A DNA stretch of 64,000 bases. Origin: Phoronis australis (lineage: Eukaryota > Animalia > Phoronida). Positions within the stretch are counted from its first letter, which is position 1. Each line of letters opens with the position of its first letter. Below, in pieces: positions 63,773-64,000 of this stretch. The notes under the pieces were generated by a model. The model searched no databases. It had not been told where the DNA came from and saw only the letters and a list, made by a program, of their open reading frames with translations. Made by a program: the position numbers and the translations under genes. The stretch is from positions 655,587-719,586 of the forward strand of contig NMRA01000017.1 in the NCBI GenBank assembly GCA_002633005.1, written 5' to 3'.

Positions 63773-63918
63773 CATGGGCGGCACACCATAGAGGGCTGGG
63801 GGGAGGGGGCTACAGCCCCCCTTTTTTCAATGCTGCGCCGCCCGTGGTCTATGGGGGGGTGCACCACAAGGGGTATGGAGGGGCTATAGCCCCCTTTTTT
63901 GGTGCTGCACTGCCCATG
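63773..63918. mobile_element. Short dimeric MITE, 5-bp TSD CATTT
   Basis: CATTT|CATGGGCGGCACA ... TGCACTGCCCATG|CATTT. Related to 44040-44190. Confidence 0.8.
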
Positions 63919-64000
63919 CATTTTATGCTCCCATGTGTACATACAAGGGTGAGTTAGAGGAATTTTCAGCATTATGCCTAGCTCCCTCTGGTGACAATTC

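Overview
AT-rich, intron-rich eukaryotic DNA, most likely from an invertebrate animal, with three N-gaps (4623-5314, 16147-16631, 29841-30192). Manual GT-AG splicing gives five protein-coding genes: p23/PTGES3 (+, first exon not seen); a complete 13-coding-exon ABCF2 (-, 624 aa); INO80C/Ies6 (+, first exon not seen); an intronless METTL27-like SAM methyltransferase (-); and a long + strand gene running off the right end. That last gene encodes UBA - coiled coil - UBX - two SHP-box-like motifs - BC/Cul2-box-like motif - leucine-rich repeats, an apparent fusion of a p97 adaptor with a cullin-ligase substrate receptor. The non-coding DNA holds a complete 458-bp miniature LTR retroelement (TRIM) with tRNA-like Pol III boxes in its LTRs, a tRNA-Lys PBS, a PPT and a 4-bp TSD, plus part of a second such element. 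It also holds several CA..TG-ended DNA elements with 5-bp TSDs, Harbinger- and Tc1-type MITEs, and minisatellites that often abut splice sites. All identifications are from reading the sequence and recalled family motifs; no searches were run.
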